Positions 42,171 through 52,059 of a stretch of 64,000 nt of DNA are shown one piece after another. This DNA is from an uncultured Aliarcobacter sp. (GTDB lineage: Bacteria; Campylobacterota; Campylobacteria; Campylobacterales; Arcobacteraceae). A program made the position numbers and the translations under genes. The notes beneath the pieces are model-generated. The model was not told where the DNA came from. It worked only from the letters and a program-made list of their open reading frames with translations, and made no database searches. The DNA is taken from contig CAXXLV010000002.1 of NCBI GenBank assembly GCA_963664305.2, positions 576,001-640,000 of the forward strand, in the 5' to 3' direction. The first letter of the stretch is position 1; every line of letters starts with the position of its first letter.

Positions 42171-42824
42171 CTAATTATGATTAAAATTGAGTTTAAAAAA
42201 ATTTTGCTTTGCAAGTTTTATACATTCATCAACTGATGTTTCTAAACTTATTTCATATTTAACATCTTTTGGTAGGTATTTTGCAGTTGTTTTTCCAATT
42301 ACAATTGCTTTATAAGAATCTTTCCATGAATACTGTTTGAAGAAACATTCAATTGTTGAAGGAGAAGTAAAAATAAATATAGAATTATCTTCCAAAACTT
42401 TATTTGATTCTTTACAAGAAGTCTTATATGTAACAATTTCATCAACAAAAATACTATTTTCTTTTAAGATTTTTGGTAAATCAGAAACAGTTTTTAAAGC
42501 CTTTATATATAAAGCTTTTTTATCTTTTAATAAAGGTATCAATTCATATGCAAAATCATTTCCATGCCCAGAATTACCAACAAATGATATTTTACCACCT
42601 AGGTTTTTAACAATATTTGCAGTTTTAGGAGCAATTGCATATGAAGGAATATTTTTCCAATCTTTATTAAATGAATCTAAAGAATAAATAGCATTTTTTG
42701 AAGTAAATACCAATGCATCATATTTATTCAAATCAATTTGTGATTTTAAAAATTCTATTTGAAAAACTTCTAAATTTTCAATACCCTCATATCTTTGAGA
42801 GTTAAGTAAATAAATCTTAGCCAT
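42171..42824 (-). CDS. hemD: Uroporphyrinogen-III synthase
   Basis: VFTSKNA, IFTSPST, IGKTTA. Confidence 0.9.
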   Translation of the reverse strand: MAKIYLLNSQRYEGIENLEVFQIEFLKSQIDLNKYDALVFTSKNAIYSLDSFNKDWKNIPSYAIAPKTANIVKNLGGKISFVGNSGHGNDFAYELIPLLKDKKALYIKALKTVSDLPKILKENSIFVDEIVTYKTSCKESNKVLEDNSIFIFTSPSTIECFFKQYSWKDSYKAIVIGKTTAKYLPKDVKYEISLETSVDECIKLAKQNFFKLNFNHN

Positions 42825-44388
42825 GAATTAATTCATATTTTTGTGTATAATTTATTGCATCATCTAAATTTGAATACATTCTAATCTTTTTAAACACGTT
42901 ATCATTATCTACAGATAGGATTTTTCTTTTATGTCTATATCTAAGAACTAAAATTATTTCCAAATCTTTACTTTTGAATTTTTCAATAATCTCTTCCAAA
43001 GTAAATATTGCAGAAATATCAAAAAAAGATACATTTTTACAATCAATTATAATTTTTTTACAATTCTTAACTTTTTCTAATTTATCTTCAAGAAATGCAG
43101 CAGTTCCAAAAAATAAAGAACCATTAACTTTTATAATTTTTACATCTTGGTTTTCTATATCAATGTCAAAAGATACTTTTGAACGTGCAGTTTTTATTTG
43201 AGTATTTCTTGAAACTTGATAAACAGCCATAATAGAAGAAATTGTAATTCCTACACCAACAGCCATGATTAAATCTACAAATACAGTTAGTAAAAAAACT
43301 GTAATCATAATAATTAAATTTTGTTTTGTAATTTTTGTTAAAACTTTTAAAAATTTATAATCTAAAATATCAAAACCTACTTTTACTAAAATTCCAGATA
43401 ATACTGCTAATGGAATTTTTGAAGCAAGAGGAGCTAAAAATAAAACTATTAATAAAAGTGTTATTGAATGAACCATTCCTGATAGTTTTGTTGTTGCTCC
43501 ACTATTAATATTTATTACTGTTCTCATTGTTGCCCCTGCTCCTGGGATTGCACCAAAGAAAGAACAAATGGCATTTCCAATTCCTTGCCCAATCAACTCT
43601 TTTTTGGAATCATGTTTTGTTTTTGTTTTAGAATCAGCAACAACAGAAGTTAAAAGAGAATCAATAGAAGCTAATAAAGCTAAAGTAATAGACAATGTTA
43701 AAATAGTGCTTAGTTTTAAAATATCAAAAGATATTGGTAAAACAAAATCAGGTAATCCCATAGGAATTTCACCAATAACTTTTACTTGAAAACTTAAAAA
43801 TATAGATAAAAATGTCATTGAAACAAGAGCAATTAAAGCTGGAGGTATAATTTTTGATATTTTTTTAGGAGTTAAAAACATAATAATCAAAGTAAGAGTA
43901 GCAAGAATTACTGCTTCATAATTTATTTTTCCAAAAGTATCAAGTAAATGAGTTACTGTGTAAATAATAGAAGTATATGAATCAACACCTAAAAAAGGAT
44001 TGATTTGTAAAATAATGATAATAACACCAATTCCACACATAAAACCAGAAATTACTGGATAAGGGATATATTTTATCCATTTACCAATTCCTACTATTCC
44101 AAAAGATATTTGCATCAAACCAGCAAGGAAAACGATAGTCATAACAGTAGAAAAATCATTTGGAAAAGCTGCAATTGCAGATGCAAAAACAACGGTCATT
44201 GGTCCAGTTGGACCTGAAATTTGAGTTGGAGTTCCTCCAAATAAAGCAGCAAAAAAACCTAAAATTATAGCACCATATAATCCAGCAATTGCACCTGCTC
44301 CACTTGCAACACCAAAAGCTAAAGCTAATGGTAAAGCTACAACGGCAGCAGTTATTCCTGCAAAAATATCATTTTTAACTCTATTCAA
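42817..44388 (-). CDS. SulP family anion transporter with STAS domain
   Basis: DIFAGITAAVVALPLALAFG, ISGPTGPM, STAS GSLFFG/DISA. Confidence 0.94.
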   Translation of the reverse strand: MNRVKNDIFAGITAAVVALPLALAFGVASGAGAIAGLYGAIILGFFAALFGGTPTQISGPTGPMTVVFASAIAAFPNDFSTVMTIVFLAGLMQISFGIVGIGKWIKYIPYPVISGFMCGIGVIIIILQINPFLGVDSYTSIIYTVTHLLDTFGKINYEAVILATLTLIIMFLTPKKISKIIPPALIALVSMTFLSIFLSFQVKVIGEIPMGLPDFVLPISFDILKLSTILTLSITLALLASIDSLLTSVVADSKTKTKHDSKKELIGQGIGNAICSFFGAIPGAGATMRTVININSGATTKLSGMVHSITLLLIVLFLAPLASKIPLAVLSGILVKVGFDILDYKFLKVLTKITKQNLIIMITVFLLTVFVDLIMAVGVGITISSIMAVYQVSRNTQIKTARSKVSFDIDIENQDVKIIKVNGSLFFGTAAFLEDKLEKVKNCKKIIIDCKNVSFFDISAIFTLEEIIEKFKSKDLEIILVLRYRHKRKILSVDNDNVFKKIRMYSNLDDAINYTQKYELIHG

Positions 44389-44406
44389 GGAAAAACTCCT
44401 AAAAAT

Positions 44407-45873
44407 TTATTTGTCTCTTTCTAAATACTCTTCATCACCCATTTTATCATTTTTACCACGTGCAATAACGTGAATTGGAGTTCCTTCAAAATTGAATTGT
44501 TCTCTTAAGAAGTTGATTAAATATCTTTTATACGTAAAGTGTAAAAGACTTGGTTTATTCATTACAAGAGCAATTCTAGGCGGTCTTGTACTAAATTGCG
44601 TTGCATAATAAATTCTTAAATAAGCACCATTTGGACTTGGAAGTGAATGTCTAATTACTGCTTCTTCAATTACTCTATTTAATTGAGAAGTTGGAATTCT
44701 TTGTGTATAGTTATTGAAAATTTCAATAATTTTATCTTTAAGTCTTTCTATACTTCTTCCCGTTTTTGCTGAAACTGCAATAATTGGAGCATAAGATAAA
44801 AATCTAAATCTTCTTCTGATTTCCTCTTCAATTTTTTGGAATGTATCCATATTTTCATCCCATTTATTTAAAACAATAATTGTTCCTAATCCATATTCAT
44901 CTACTAATCCAGCAATTTTTTCATCTAAATCAGTAAGTTCTCTTGAAGCATCTAAAACAACTAAAGCCATATTTGCTTTTTCTAACATCTCTTTAGTTCT
45001 CATTAAAGCATATTTTTCAATACCTTCAATACTTCCTCTTCTTCTTAATCCAGCTGTGTCAACGAAAGTAATTTGTTTTTCTTTAAATTCAAATGATTCA
45101 TCAACGGGGTCAATTGTAGTTCCAGCAATAGGAGAAACAACTGATCTTTCTTCTCCTAATATTGCATTTAATATTGAAGATTTCCCAACATTTACTCTTC
45201 CTATAATTGCAACATTGATTTTGTTTTCATCAATTTCAGCAACTTCTTCTTTAACAAAATCTTCATCTGATTCTAAAGAATAATCTTCTTCATCGTCAAA
45301 ATCAAAATTTTCTTCTCTCTCTTTTCTTAAAGCTTCTGCTTCTTCTCGGGCAACTGTTTCAAGATTAACAGGAAGATGTTGATAAATCCATTCAAATAAA
45401 TTTTTTGTTCCTCTATTATGAGAAACTGAGATTCCAAAAAGATTTTCATCTCCAATACCAAACTCAAAAAATTCCCAAAGTCTTTCTAATTCTTTATCAT
45501 TATCAATTTTATTTACAACTAGGGCTAATTCTTTCCCTAATCTTTGAAGCTCATAAAATAATTCTTTATCCTTATCATCTGGTATATTTTTACCATCAAC
45601 CATAAAAAGTATTATATCAGCCTCTTTTGCTGTTTCTATAGCTTTTCTTTTTACATTTGAAAAAATGGCATCATTAGTTTCATCGATACCACCAGTATCT
45701 AACATTAATGCTTTTCTATCCATAATTTCAATTTCATGTTTTCTAATATCTCTTGTAGTTCCAGCCATATCCGATACAATAGCAATTCTTTTATTTGCAA
45801 TTCTATTAAATAGTGATGATTTTCCTACGTTTGGTTGCCCTATTAGTGCAATCTTTTTTAGTGTTTTATCCAT
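44407..45873 (-). CDS. der: Ribosome biogenesis GTPase Der
   Basis: Two GTPase domains (GQPNVGKSS, GRVNVGKSS), acidic linker, KH-like C-terminus. Confidence 0.98.
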   Translation of the reverse strand: MDKTLKKIALIGQPNVGKSSLFNRIANKRIAIVSDMAGTTRDIRKHEIEIMDRKALMLDTGGIDETNDAIFSNVKRKAIETAKEADIILFMVDGKNIPDDKDKELFYELQRLGKELALVVNKIDNDKELERLWEFFEFGIGDENLFGISVSHNRGTKNLFEWIYQHLPVNLETVAREEAEALRKEREENFDFDDEEDYSLESDEDFVKEEVAEIDENKINVAIIGRVNVGKSSILNAILGEERSVVSPIAGTTIDPVDESFEFKEKQITFVDTAGLRRRGSIEGIEKYALMRTKEMLEKANMALVVLDASRELTDLDEKIAGLVDEYGLGTIIVLNKWDENMDTFQKIEEEIRRRFRFLSYAPIIAVSAKTGRSIERLKDKIIEIFNNYTQRIPTSQLNRVIEEAVIRHSLPSPNGAYLRIYYATQFSTRPPRIALVMNKPSLLHFTYKRYLINFLREQFNFEGTPIHVIARGKNDKMGDEEYLERDK

Positions 45874-45910
45874 AAATATTTTAAATCCTAAGTTTTTTTG
45901 TTTTTTAAAT

Positions 45911-45943
45911 AAAAAAAGGTATTAGCATTATAGCTAATACCTT
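45911..45943 (-). terminator. Rho-independent terminator of hpf
   Basis: AAGGTATTAGC-ATTATA-GCTAATACCTT with a U-tract on the minus strand. Confidence 0.8.
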
Positions 45944-45965
45944 CATTAAATAAAAGAGGTTTATA

Positions 45966-46508
45966 TTAATATAATCCAAATTTACCAGCAACTGAACTTT
46001 TATATAAAACTCTCATATTATCATCTTTATCAATAAATACTTTGAATAAAGCGTCTGATGCCTTTAAATCTTCTAAAGCTTCTTCAATATCTATTGGTTT
46101 ATAAGATGTTAATCTTACAGGAGTAATTTCGTCTTCAAATTTCTCTAATTCTAATGCAATTTTATCTTGAATTTCATTAGCTTCAACTTCAGATAATTTA
46201 GTAGCTTTATGAGCTGCAATTTTATCATGATGTCTTCTTAATACTTTAGATACTCTATCAACTGCAATATCAATTGCAGCGTATAAATCTTTATCTTTTT
46301 GTTTTACAACAATAGTATCTAAATGAGCAATATTTAAAGTGAATTCAAAAGAGAAAGCTTTTTTACCATGTTTTTCATCTTGTGAAATAATTGAGTTTAC
46401 AGAAATAATATCTAAATTATATTTTTTAAACACTTCTACTGAGCTATTAATGTAATCTTTGATCGCATCTGTTAATTCTATGTGTCTTCCTACAATACTT
46501 GTATTCAT
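45966..46508 (-). CDS. hpf: Ribosome hibernation promoting factor (long HPF/RaiA)
   Basis: GRHIELTDAIKDY, DLYAAID, C-terminal KP..EEA domain. Confidence 0.94.
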   Translation of the reverse strand: MNTSIVGRHIELTDAIKDYINSSVEVFKKYNLDIISVNSIISQDEKHGKKAFSFEFTLNIAHLDTIVVKQKDKDLYAAIDIAVDRVSKVLRRHHDKIAAHKATKLSEVEANEIQDKIALELEKFEDEITPVRLTSYKPIDIEEALEDLKASDALFKVFIDKDDNMRVLYKSSVAGKFGLY

Positions 46509-46657
46509 AACATACTCCTTAATTATAATTTATTTATTCTAACATAAAAAACATAAAATGGGTAATATTCTCTATAAAATAACACTTGTATAACCTTGTA
46601 AATGGAGAGAAATTTTGATAATTTTTTGAATTCTTAACAAATTACGCTTAGAAAAGA

Positions 46658-47509
46658 CTAAGCGTAATTAAATATAGAAGAATTTGAGTTTGAAAGGTTT
46701 TTAACGTAACTATTTAGTTCACTATTATTAGTTTGATTATTCATCATTTGCATAATATTTTTAAAGTTACTTAAATCTAAATTCTCTGAAGGATTTGAAC
46801 TATTAGATTTTATAGTATCAAGTAATAATTTTACAGTATCTTTTATAGTTGAATTATCAGCTGTTTCATTAGATATTCCTAATGCAGCATTTTTTTCTTC
46901 TTGAGATACAATACCATCTTTATTAGTATCAAGTTCATCATATTCTTCTTCATCAGTTGACGCTGCTGAACCACCACTTCCTCCACCTTTAGGTGGTGGC
47001 ATTGATGCTACAGATTCAGAAGAAGAGCTATTAGTTACTTGATTATATGCACTTGTTAACTCGTCTGTTGAAATTGAACCATCACTATCAGTATCTAATG
47101 CAGAAAACTCTTCATCACTTAAGATTGAAACTTCACTTGCACTAAGTAATGAATCACCATCACTATCATAACTTGACATTATCATAGAACTAAACTCATT
47201 TGCTTGTTGACTAGTTGGTGGTTCAGGCATTTGAAGGCCTAATTCAGATATTAAACTTTCAAATTCTTCTTTTGAAGGCATTTCTCCATCAAAAGAAGAT
47301 AATTTACTATCTATTGCACTTGCAATTTCATTTTGAGTAACTAGTCCATCACCATCACTATCAAGTGTAGAAAACTGTTCTTCACTAACACCTAATTCAT
47401 CAATACTCAAAGATGAATCAGAATTAGTATCACTATTTTTAACTATGTCTTTTGAAATATTACTTATAGGAGACATCATACCTATAGAACTATACGAAGA
47501 AATTGTCAT
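46658..47509 (-). CDS. Multi-EF-hand Ca2+-binding protein
   Basis: Loops DTNSDSSLSIDE, DSDGDGLVTQNE, DSDGDSLLSASE, DTDSDGSISTDE, DTNKDGIVSQEE; Ser-rich N-terminus, no Sec signal. Confidence 0.88.
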   Translation of the reverse strand: MTISSYSSIGMMSPISNISKDIVKNSDTNSDSSLSIDELGVSEEQFSTLDSDGDGLVTQNEIASAIDSKLSSFDGEMPSKEEFESLISELGLQMPEPPTSQQANEFSSMIMSSYDSDGDSLLSASEVSILSDEEFSALDTDSDGSISTDELTSAYNQVTNSSSSESVASMPPPKGGGSGGSAASTDEEEYDELDTNKDGIVSQEEKNAALGISNETADNSTIKDTVKLLLDTIKSNSSNPSENLDLSNFKNIMQMMNNQTNNSELNSYVKNLSNSNSSIFNYA

Positions 47510-47529
47510 ATTATCCTCCTTTTTTTAAA

Positions 47530-47561
47530 ATCCTATTCTTTTAAAGTAAATAATGGGTAAC
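47530..47561 (-). promoter_or_regulatory. Direct-repeat box plus -10 (EF-hand gene promoter)
   Basis: GTTAC-CCATTA-TTTAC-10 nt-TAGGAT. Confidence 0.72.
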
Positions 47562-47568
47562 AAAATTA

Positions 47569-48906
47569 TTAAGAATCACTAGAACCTTCAATAATTAATT
47601 TTAAAGATGAAAATGCTGTTTCCATTTGCGTAATCAATACCGTATATTCTGCAAATTGTGTAGACATCTGTTCATATTTTTCATCTAATTTATCAGAAGC
47701 TGTTTCATAATCTTCATTTAATGAGTCAATTTTGTCGTTTAATTTATCTTCATAAGTCGTAAAAAGTCCATCTAAGGAATCTAATGAATCTAAATAAGTT
47801 TTCAATTTTGTTCCAATACCTTCTTTTTCTGCATAACCAACAAATAATTCTTTTAAATCATCATAATTATCACTGACAGCTTCTGTTAATTCTGTAGAAT
47901 CAACATTTAAATAACCATCTGTATCAAAAGATATTCCATATTTAAACAGACTCTCTTCATTATCTAATCCATAACTTCCAAATAAAATCTCTTTTATACT
48001 ATTCATCATTGATTTTAAAGTACTTGAATCAGAAATTATTGCTGGGTCATCTTCATCACCCAAAATATAAGAATTTACTAAATCAACTAAATCATTGTAT
48101 TTATCAGCTACATCTTCAATTGTTGATACTAATGTACTAGTATCTCTTTCCATAGTAATTGAAGAATCACCAGTTGTAGTAGCAGTTATTATTAAACCAT
48201 TAGCCATTGTTACTTTATTTGATGAAACATCATAAGAAATACCATCAATTGTTGCTTGCATATTTTGTGCTGTTAAAACATGACTATCTTCTTCTTCAAA
48301 TCCTAAATCTATATCTGTTTGAGAAATAGAAATTGCATTTGATTCTCCAGTTTCAGCACTTTTTATTACAAGTCTATATGAATCATCACCAACTTGTTCT
48401 AAACTTGCTTCAAAATTTGAGTTATAACCCATTTCAGTTACCAAACTTTCATAAGTTTTTCCATCAGTTGAAAAATCATAACTTGTATCTCCAACAGTAA
48501 TAGTTATTGTTCCTGAATCCATTGTAGCTGTTGTATCTGAAATTGTATTTGATTGATATACATCTTTTTGTGCTAATTGACTAACACTAACACTAATTGT
48601 CCCCGGAGTTAATTTACTTGAATCAGTTGCATCAAAAGTTACAGAATCACCTGATGTTGTTGCACTTATTTCATCAAACACATTAGTTCCACTTGTATAT
48701 AAATCAAAATCGTCAACTAAATCAAGTAGTTCTAAAACCATAGTTTCAATTTCAGTTAATGCATCTAATTCAGCTTGTGTATCATCAATTTCATCAGTAA
48801 TTGGGTCTAGAATAGATGTACTTTCTGCTGTTTTTAATTTAGTAATTAAATCTGAACTTAAATCTACACTTCCTGAAGTTCCGAGTCCTAAAATTCCATC
48901 TGCCAT
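47569..48906 (-). CDS. fliD: Flagellar filament cap FliD homologue (acidic)
   Basis: LGLGTSG..LITKL..AE N-terminus, VSQLAQKD, RLVI.S..TG, AQ..IDGI, L...Y..M..QF C-terminus. Confidence 0.88.
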   Translation of the reverse strand: MADGILGLGTSGSVDLSSDLITKLKTAESTSILDPITDEIDDTQAELDALTEIETMVLELLDLVDDFDLYTSGTNVFDEISATTSGDSVTFDATDSSKLTPGTISVSVSQLAQKDVYQSNTISDTTATMDSGTITITVGDTSYDFSTDGKTYESLVTEMGYNSNFEASLEQVGDDSYRLVIKSAETGESNAISISQTDIDLGFEEEDSHVLTAQNMQATIDGISYDVSSNKVTMANGLIITATTTGDSSITMERDTSTLVSTIEDVADKYNDLVDLVNSYILGDEDDPAIISDSSTLKSMMNSIKEILFGSYGLDNEESLFKYGISFDTDGYLNVDSTELTEAVSDNYDDLKELFVGYAEKEGIGTKLKTYLDSLDSLDGLFTTYEDKLNDKIDSLNEDYETASDKLDEKYEQMSTQFAEYTVLITQMETAFSSLKLIIEGSSDS

Positions 48907-48916
48907 TTTATATCCT

Positions 48917-50515
48917 TTACATTGCTAATAGCGTTTGAAGCATTTCATCAACTGCAGTTATCACCTTTGCATTTGCTTCATATGCTGCTTGAAATTGAAG
49001 AAGATTTATCATCTCCTCATCTGAATCTACTTTTGTAAGATTGTTATATGTTGTTTCCAAAGAATTTACTATCGTATTTTGAGATTCTAATTTAAAGTTA
49101 TTATTTTCTACGTTTGAAGAAACTGTAACTAATAAGTTTTGATAAAACTCACTAAATGAAGTATTTGAAGTTGAACCAATAGTTAAATTTGTTGCCCACT
49201 GAATTTCAGATAGGTTTTCTAAGTCATTACTGGTTAAAGAGCTTACATTATCAGAAATAAAATTTAATGTATCAACATTTGAACCAGTAAATAGAGGCGT
49301 ATTACTACTTGAATTAACTAAATCAATTAATGCACTTGCAAATTCATCTAAACTATCTTTATATGAATATATATTTGAAGTTGAAGTTGTAAGCTCTTGG
49401 GTTATAGCCTTTAAAGAACCACTTGTTAGAGATAAACCATTATTATAAACAGCTAATGAAACATTATTTTCAGCTTCAACAGAAGTTGCACTTTTTGATA
49501 TTTCACTACTATTTACAGAAATAGCAATATCAAAAGCCCCCTCTTCTCCTTCAATATTTGATTTAATAATTAAATTATTACTTGAATCAAGATACGCGTT
49601 GTAATTTGAAAAATTTGAGTTTGAATTAATTGCATCAATAATTTGCTGTTTTAATTCATTTTCATCTGTTCCACTAACATTTGCACTTAATGTTAATGAT
49701 GTAGTATTATTTAAAGAAATAGTAATTTCATCTCCATCACTAAAGTTACTATCATCTAAAGAAGATGAAGTATAAATATCTTTTTGTGCAATATTTTCTT
49801 CATTTATACTTACTTCATGTAAATTTGTATCATTAAAAATTACATTTACTCCTGCAATTTTTAGGTTATAAGTATCACTATCTCTATTGATTTCTATATC
49901 AACATAATTTGATAACTCTTTTTCTAAAGCATCTCTTTTATCAAGTAAATCATTTGTTTCACCACTTTGTTGCATCTGTTTATTAAGATAGACTATCTGT
50001 TCTAAAATATCATTTACACTATCAACTTGATCTTGTAATTGTGTATTTAAACTCTCTAAGGTATCATCTAAATCACTGTTTAATGATTGTAAATTATTTA
50101 CTAATAATTGAGATTGAGTTGATAATTCATTTTGATAAATTAAGTTTGTAGGTTCTTCTCTTAATGATTCAATTGAATTAAAAAAGTTACTTAACGTTGT
50201 TGAAAAACCACTACTATCAGCTTCATCAAACATTATTTCAATACTACTTAATATAGTGTCTTCTTGTTCATAATATGAAGCTAAACTACTTTGCGCAACC
50301 AATTTATCATATAAATAACTATTTGTTGTTCTAGTAACTCCATCAAATGATACTCCATTCCCAATATTATCTTCTAAGCTATTTAATTCAGAAGTATTAA
50401 CAACTCTTTTTACATAACCATCTGTATTTTCATTTGCAATATTATTAGAAGTTACATCAACAGAATATTTTGAGGCATCAAGACCACTTTTTGCGATGTA
50501 TAAAGAATTTATCAT
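48917..50515 (-). CDS. flgK: Hook-associated protein FlgK homologue
   Basis: SLYIAKSGL..VTSNNIANENTDGY, NDLLDKRD, VDSDEEMINLLQFQAAYEANAKVI. Confidence 0.93.
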   Translation of the reverse strand: MINSLYIAKSGLDASKYSVDVTSNNIANENTDGYVKRVVNTSELNSLEDNIGNGVSFDGVTRTTNSYLYDKLVAQSSLASYYEQEDTILSSIEIMFDEADSSGFSTTLSNFFNSIESLREEPTNLIYQNELSTQSQLLVNNLQSLNSDLDDTLESLNTQLQDQVDSVNDILEQIVYLNKQMQQSGETNDLLDKRDALEKELSNYVDIEINRDSDTYNLKIAGVNVIFNDTNLHEVSINEENIAQKDIYTSSSLDDSNFSDGDEITISLNNTTSLTLSANVSGTDENELKQQIIDAINSNSNFSNYNAYLDSSNNLIIKSNIEGEEGAFDIAISVNSSEISKSATSVEAENNVSLAVYNNGLSLTSGSLKAITQELTTSTSNIYSYKDSLDEFASALIDLVNSSSNTPLFTGSNVDTLNFISDNVSSLTSNDLENLSEIQWATNLTIGSTSNTSFSEFYQNLLVTVSSNVENNNFKLESQNTIVNSLETTYNNLTKVDSDEEMINLLQFQAAYEANAKVITAVDEMLQTLLAM

Positions 50516-50524
50516 AATAAACTC

Positions 50525-50899
50525 CTAATAGATTCTTTTTACATCAACAAAATCAATAAAAGTTACAGTATCATCTAAAATATATTTTTTTTCTAAAGCA
50601 TCTATTCCTAGAACTTCATGACAAACTAAATATATTTTATTATCTTTTGTTGTTTGAATTGAACTAACATTAAATTGTCTAAAACCTCTTTCACCATTTC
50701 TTAATCTACCATCTTCAACAACTCTGTCAATAATATTTACAATATTTGTCATAGTTAATAAATTCATTGATTTTTGTAATTGAATTACCATTGATTCTAA
50801 ATTATCAAAATTTGTATTTTGATAATTATTCATAAAATAGCTATAACACTCAATTACTTGTGATTCTAGTCCTTTTATATCCATAATATTATTTTTCAT
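50525..50899 (-). CDS. Truncated FlgD-like (Tudor-type C-domain) protein
   Basis: Aligns by eye with the neighbouring FlgD C-region; ATG at 50899 behind an AAGGA RBS. Confidence 0.7.
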   Translation of the reverse strand: MKNNIMDIKGLESQVIECYSYFMNNYQNTNFDNLESMVIQLQKSMNLLTMTNIVNIIDRVVEDGRLRNGERGFRQFNVSSIQTTKDNKIYLVCHEVLGIDALEKKYILDDTVTFIDFVDVKRIY

Positions 50900-50912
50900 T
50901 TTCAATCCTTTT

Positions 50913-52046
50913 TTAACTTAAATATTTAACTAATGACAAGTTATTTACTTTGTTGATAGTTGAGTATAAAGCTGTATATGTATTTTCTAAAGCTTGAGAT
51001 TCAACAGCAAGTGCAGTTAAATCTGCTGCACCAACTGTTTCTTGTAAAATGCTAAAGTTTGTTAATTTTGTTTGAACAATTGATTCATAGTTTTCAATTG
51101 AAGCAGTTCTTATTCCAAGTTTTGCATGAGCTAAATTTACACTATCGTAAATATCTCCAATTTTATCAACGTAACTTGATAAAATAGAATCTGCTTCATC
51201 TTCAGTTATTGAATTACCATTAGAATCTTGTTGTTTTAACGCATTTATAACTTCATCTAAATCATCAAAAACTGAGTGTTTTGATGTTAAAGAAGTTGTT
51301 CCAGTGTTAGTAGTTGTAAAAGTTCCATCTCCATTATCTGTAATTGATAGAGCTGTTTGTGAACTATCCCCATTTAAATATAATCCATTATAAACACCAT
51401 CATTATCAGTATCTAATAATTTATATTGATTACCATCTTTATCTAGAATAATTTCATTTTCTTCAAATGTTAAATTTTCACCAGTTTGTGCTGTTTGATT
51501 TGTATAATATAGAAGCTCAATACCATTTAATCCTTGATTATTATAAGTATTTGTTTCAACATTAATTGTTTTATTGTCATTTGTTGATACATAAGAAATT
51601 CTTCCAGTTGTTTCATCTTTTACAAAAGGTTGTGTTGTTACACTATTTCCAGAAAAAAGGTATTGATTACTTGCACTACTATTTGCAAGCGAGTATATAT
51701 AATCTTTAATAGATTCTAATTCATTTGCAATAGTTTCTTTATTATCACTATCAGTTGTATCTGTAGATGCTTTTAAAATCAAAGATTGAGCTGATTCAAG
51801 AGATGTTTTTATACTTGAAACGGCTGTATCACTTGTCGTATTAAATGAATTAGATGATTGAATTCTATCTAAGATTGAACTATAAGAATTAACACTATTA
51901 TTTATTGATAATAATTGATTATACTTTGAAGAATCATCGCTACCATATTGTAAAGCTTCATTACTACTTAATCCATAAGTTACTTTTTCATTTCTACTAT
52001 TTAATAGACTTAAATTGTACATAATAGTATTTATTGAACTAACCAT
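50913..52046 (-). CDS. flgL: Hook-associated protein FlgL homologue
   Basis: Flagellin-type N-terminus with SDD, IANEL, LAN...YLFSG; C-terminal SLVKYL. Confidence 0.85.
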   Translation of the reverse strand: MVSSINTIMYNLSLLNSRNEKVTYGLSSNEALQYGSDDSSKYNQLLSINNSVNSYSSILDRIQSSNSFNTTSDTAVSSIKTSLESAQSLILKASTDTTDSDNKETIANELESIKDYIYSLANSSASNQYLFSGNSVTTQPFVKDETTGRISYVSTNDNKTINVETNTYNNQGLNGIELLYYTNQTAQTGENLTFEENEIILDKDGNQYKLLDTDNDGVYNGLYLNGDSSQTALSITDNGDGTFTTTNTGTTSLTSKHSVFDDLDEVINALKQQDSNGNSITEDEADSILSSYVDKIGDIYDSVNLAHAKLGIRTASIENYESIVQTKLTNFSILQETVGAADLTALAVESQALENTYTALYSTINKVNNLSLVKYLS

Positions 52047-52059
52047 AATAAACTCCTAA

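Noticed and set aside
46536..46566. Possible fifth promoter box upstream of hpf
   Set aside because: Only a partial match; the proximal TTTAC half-site at 10-nt spacing is missing.
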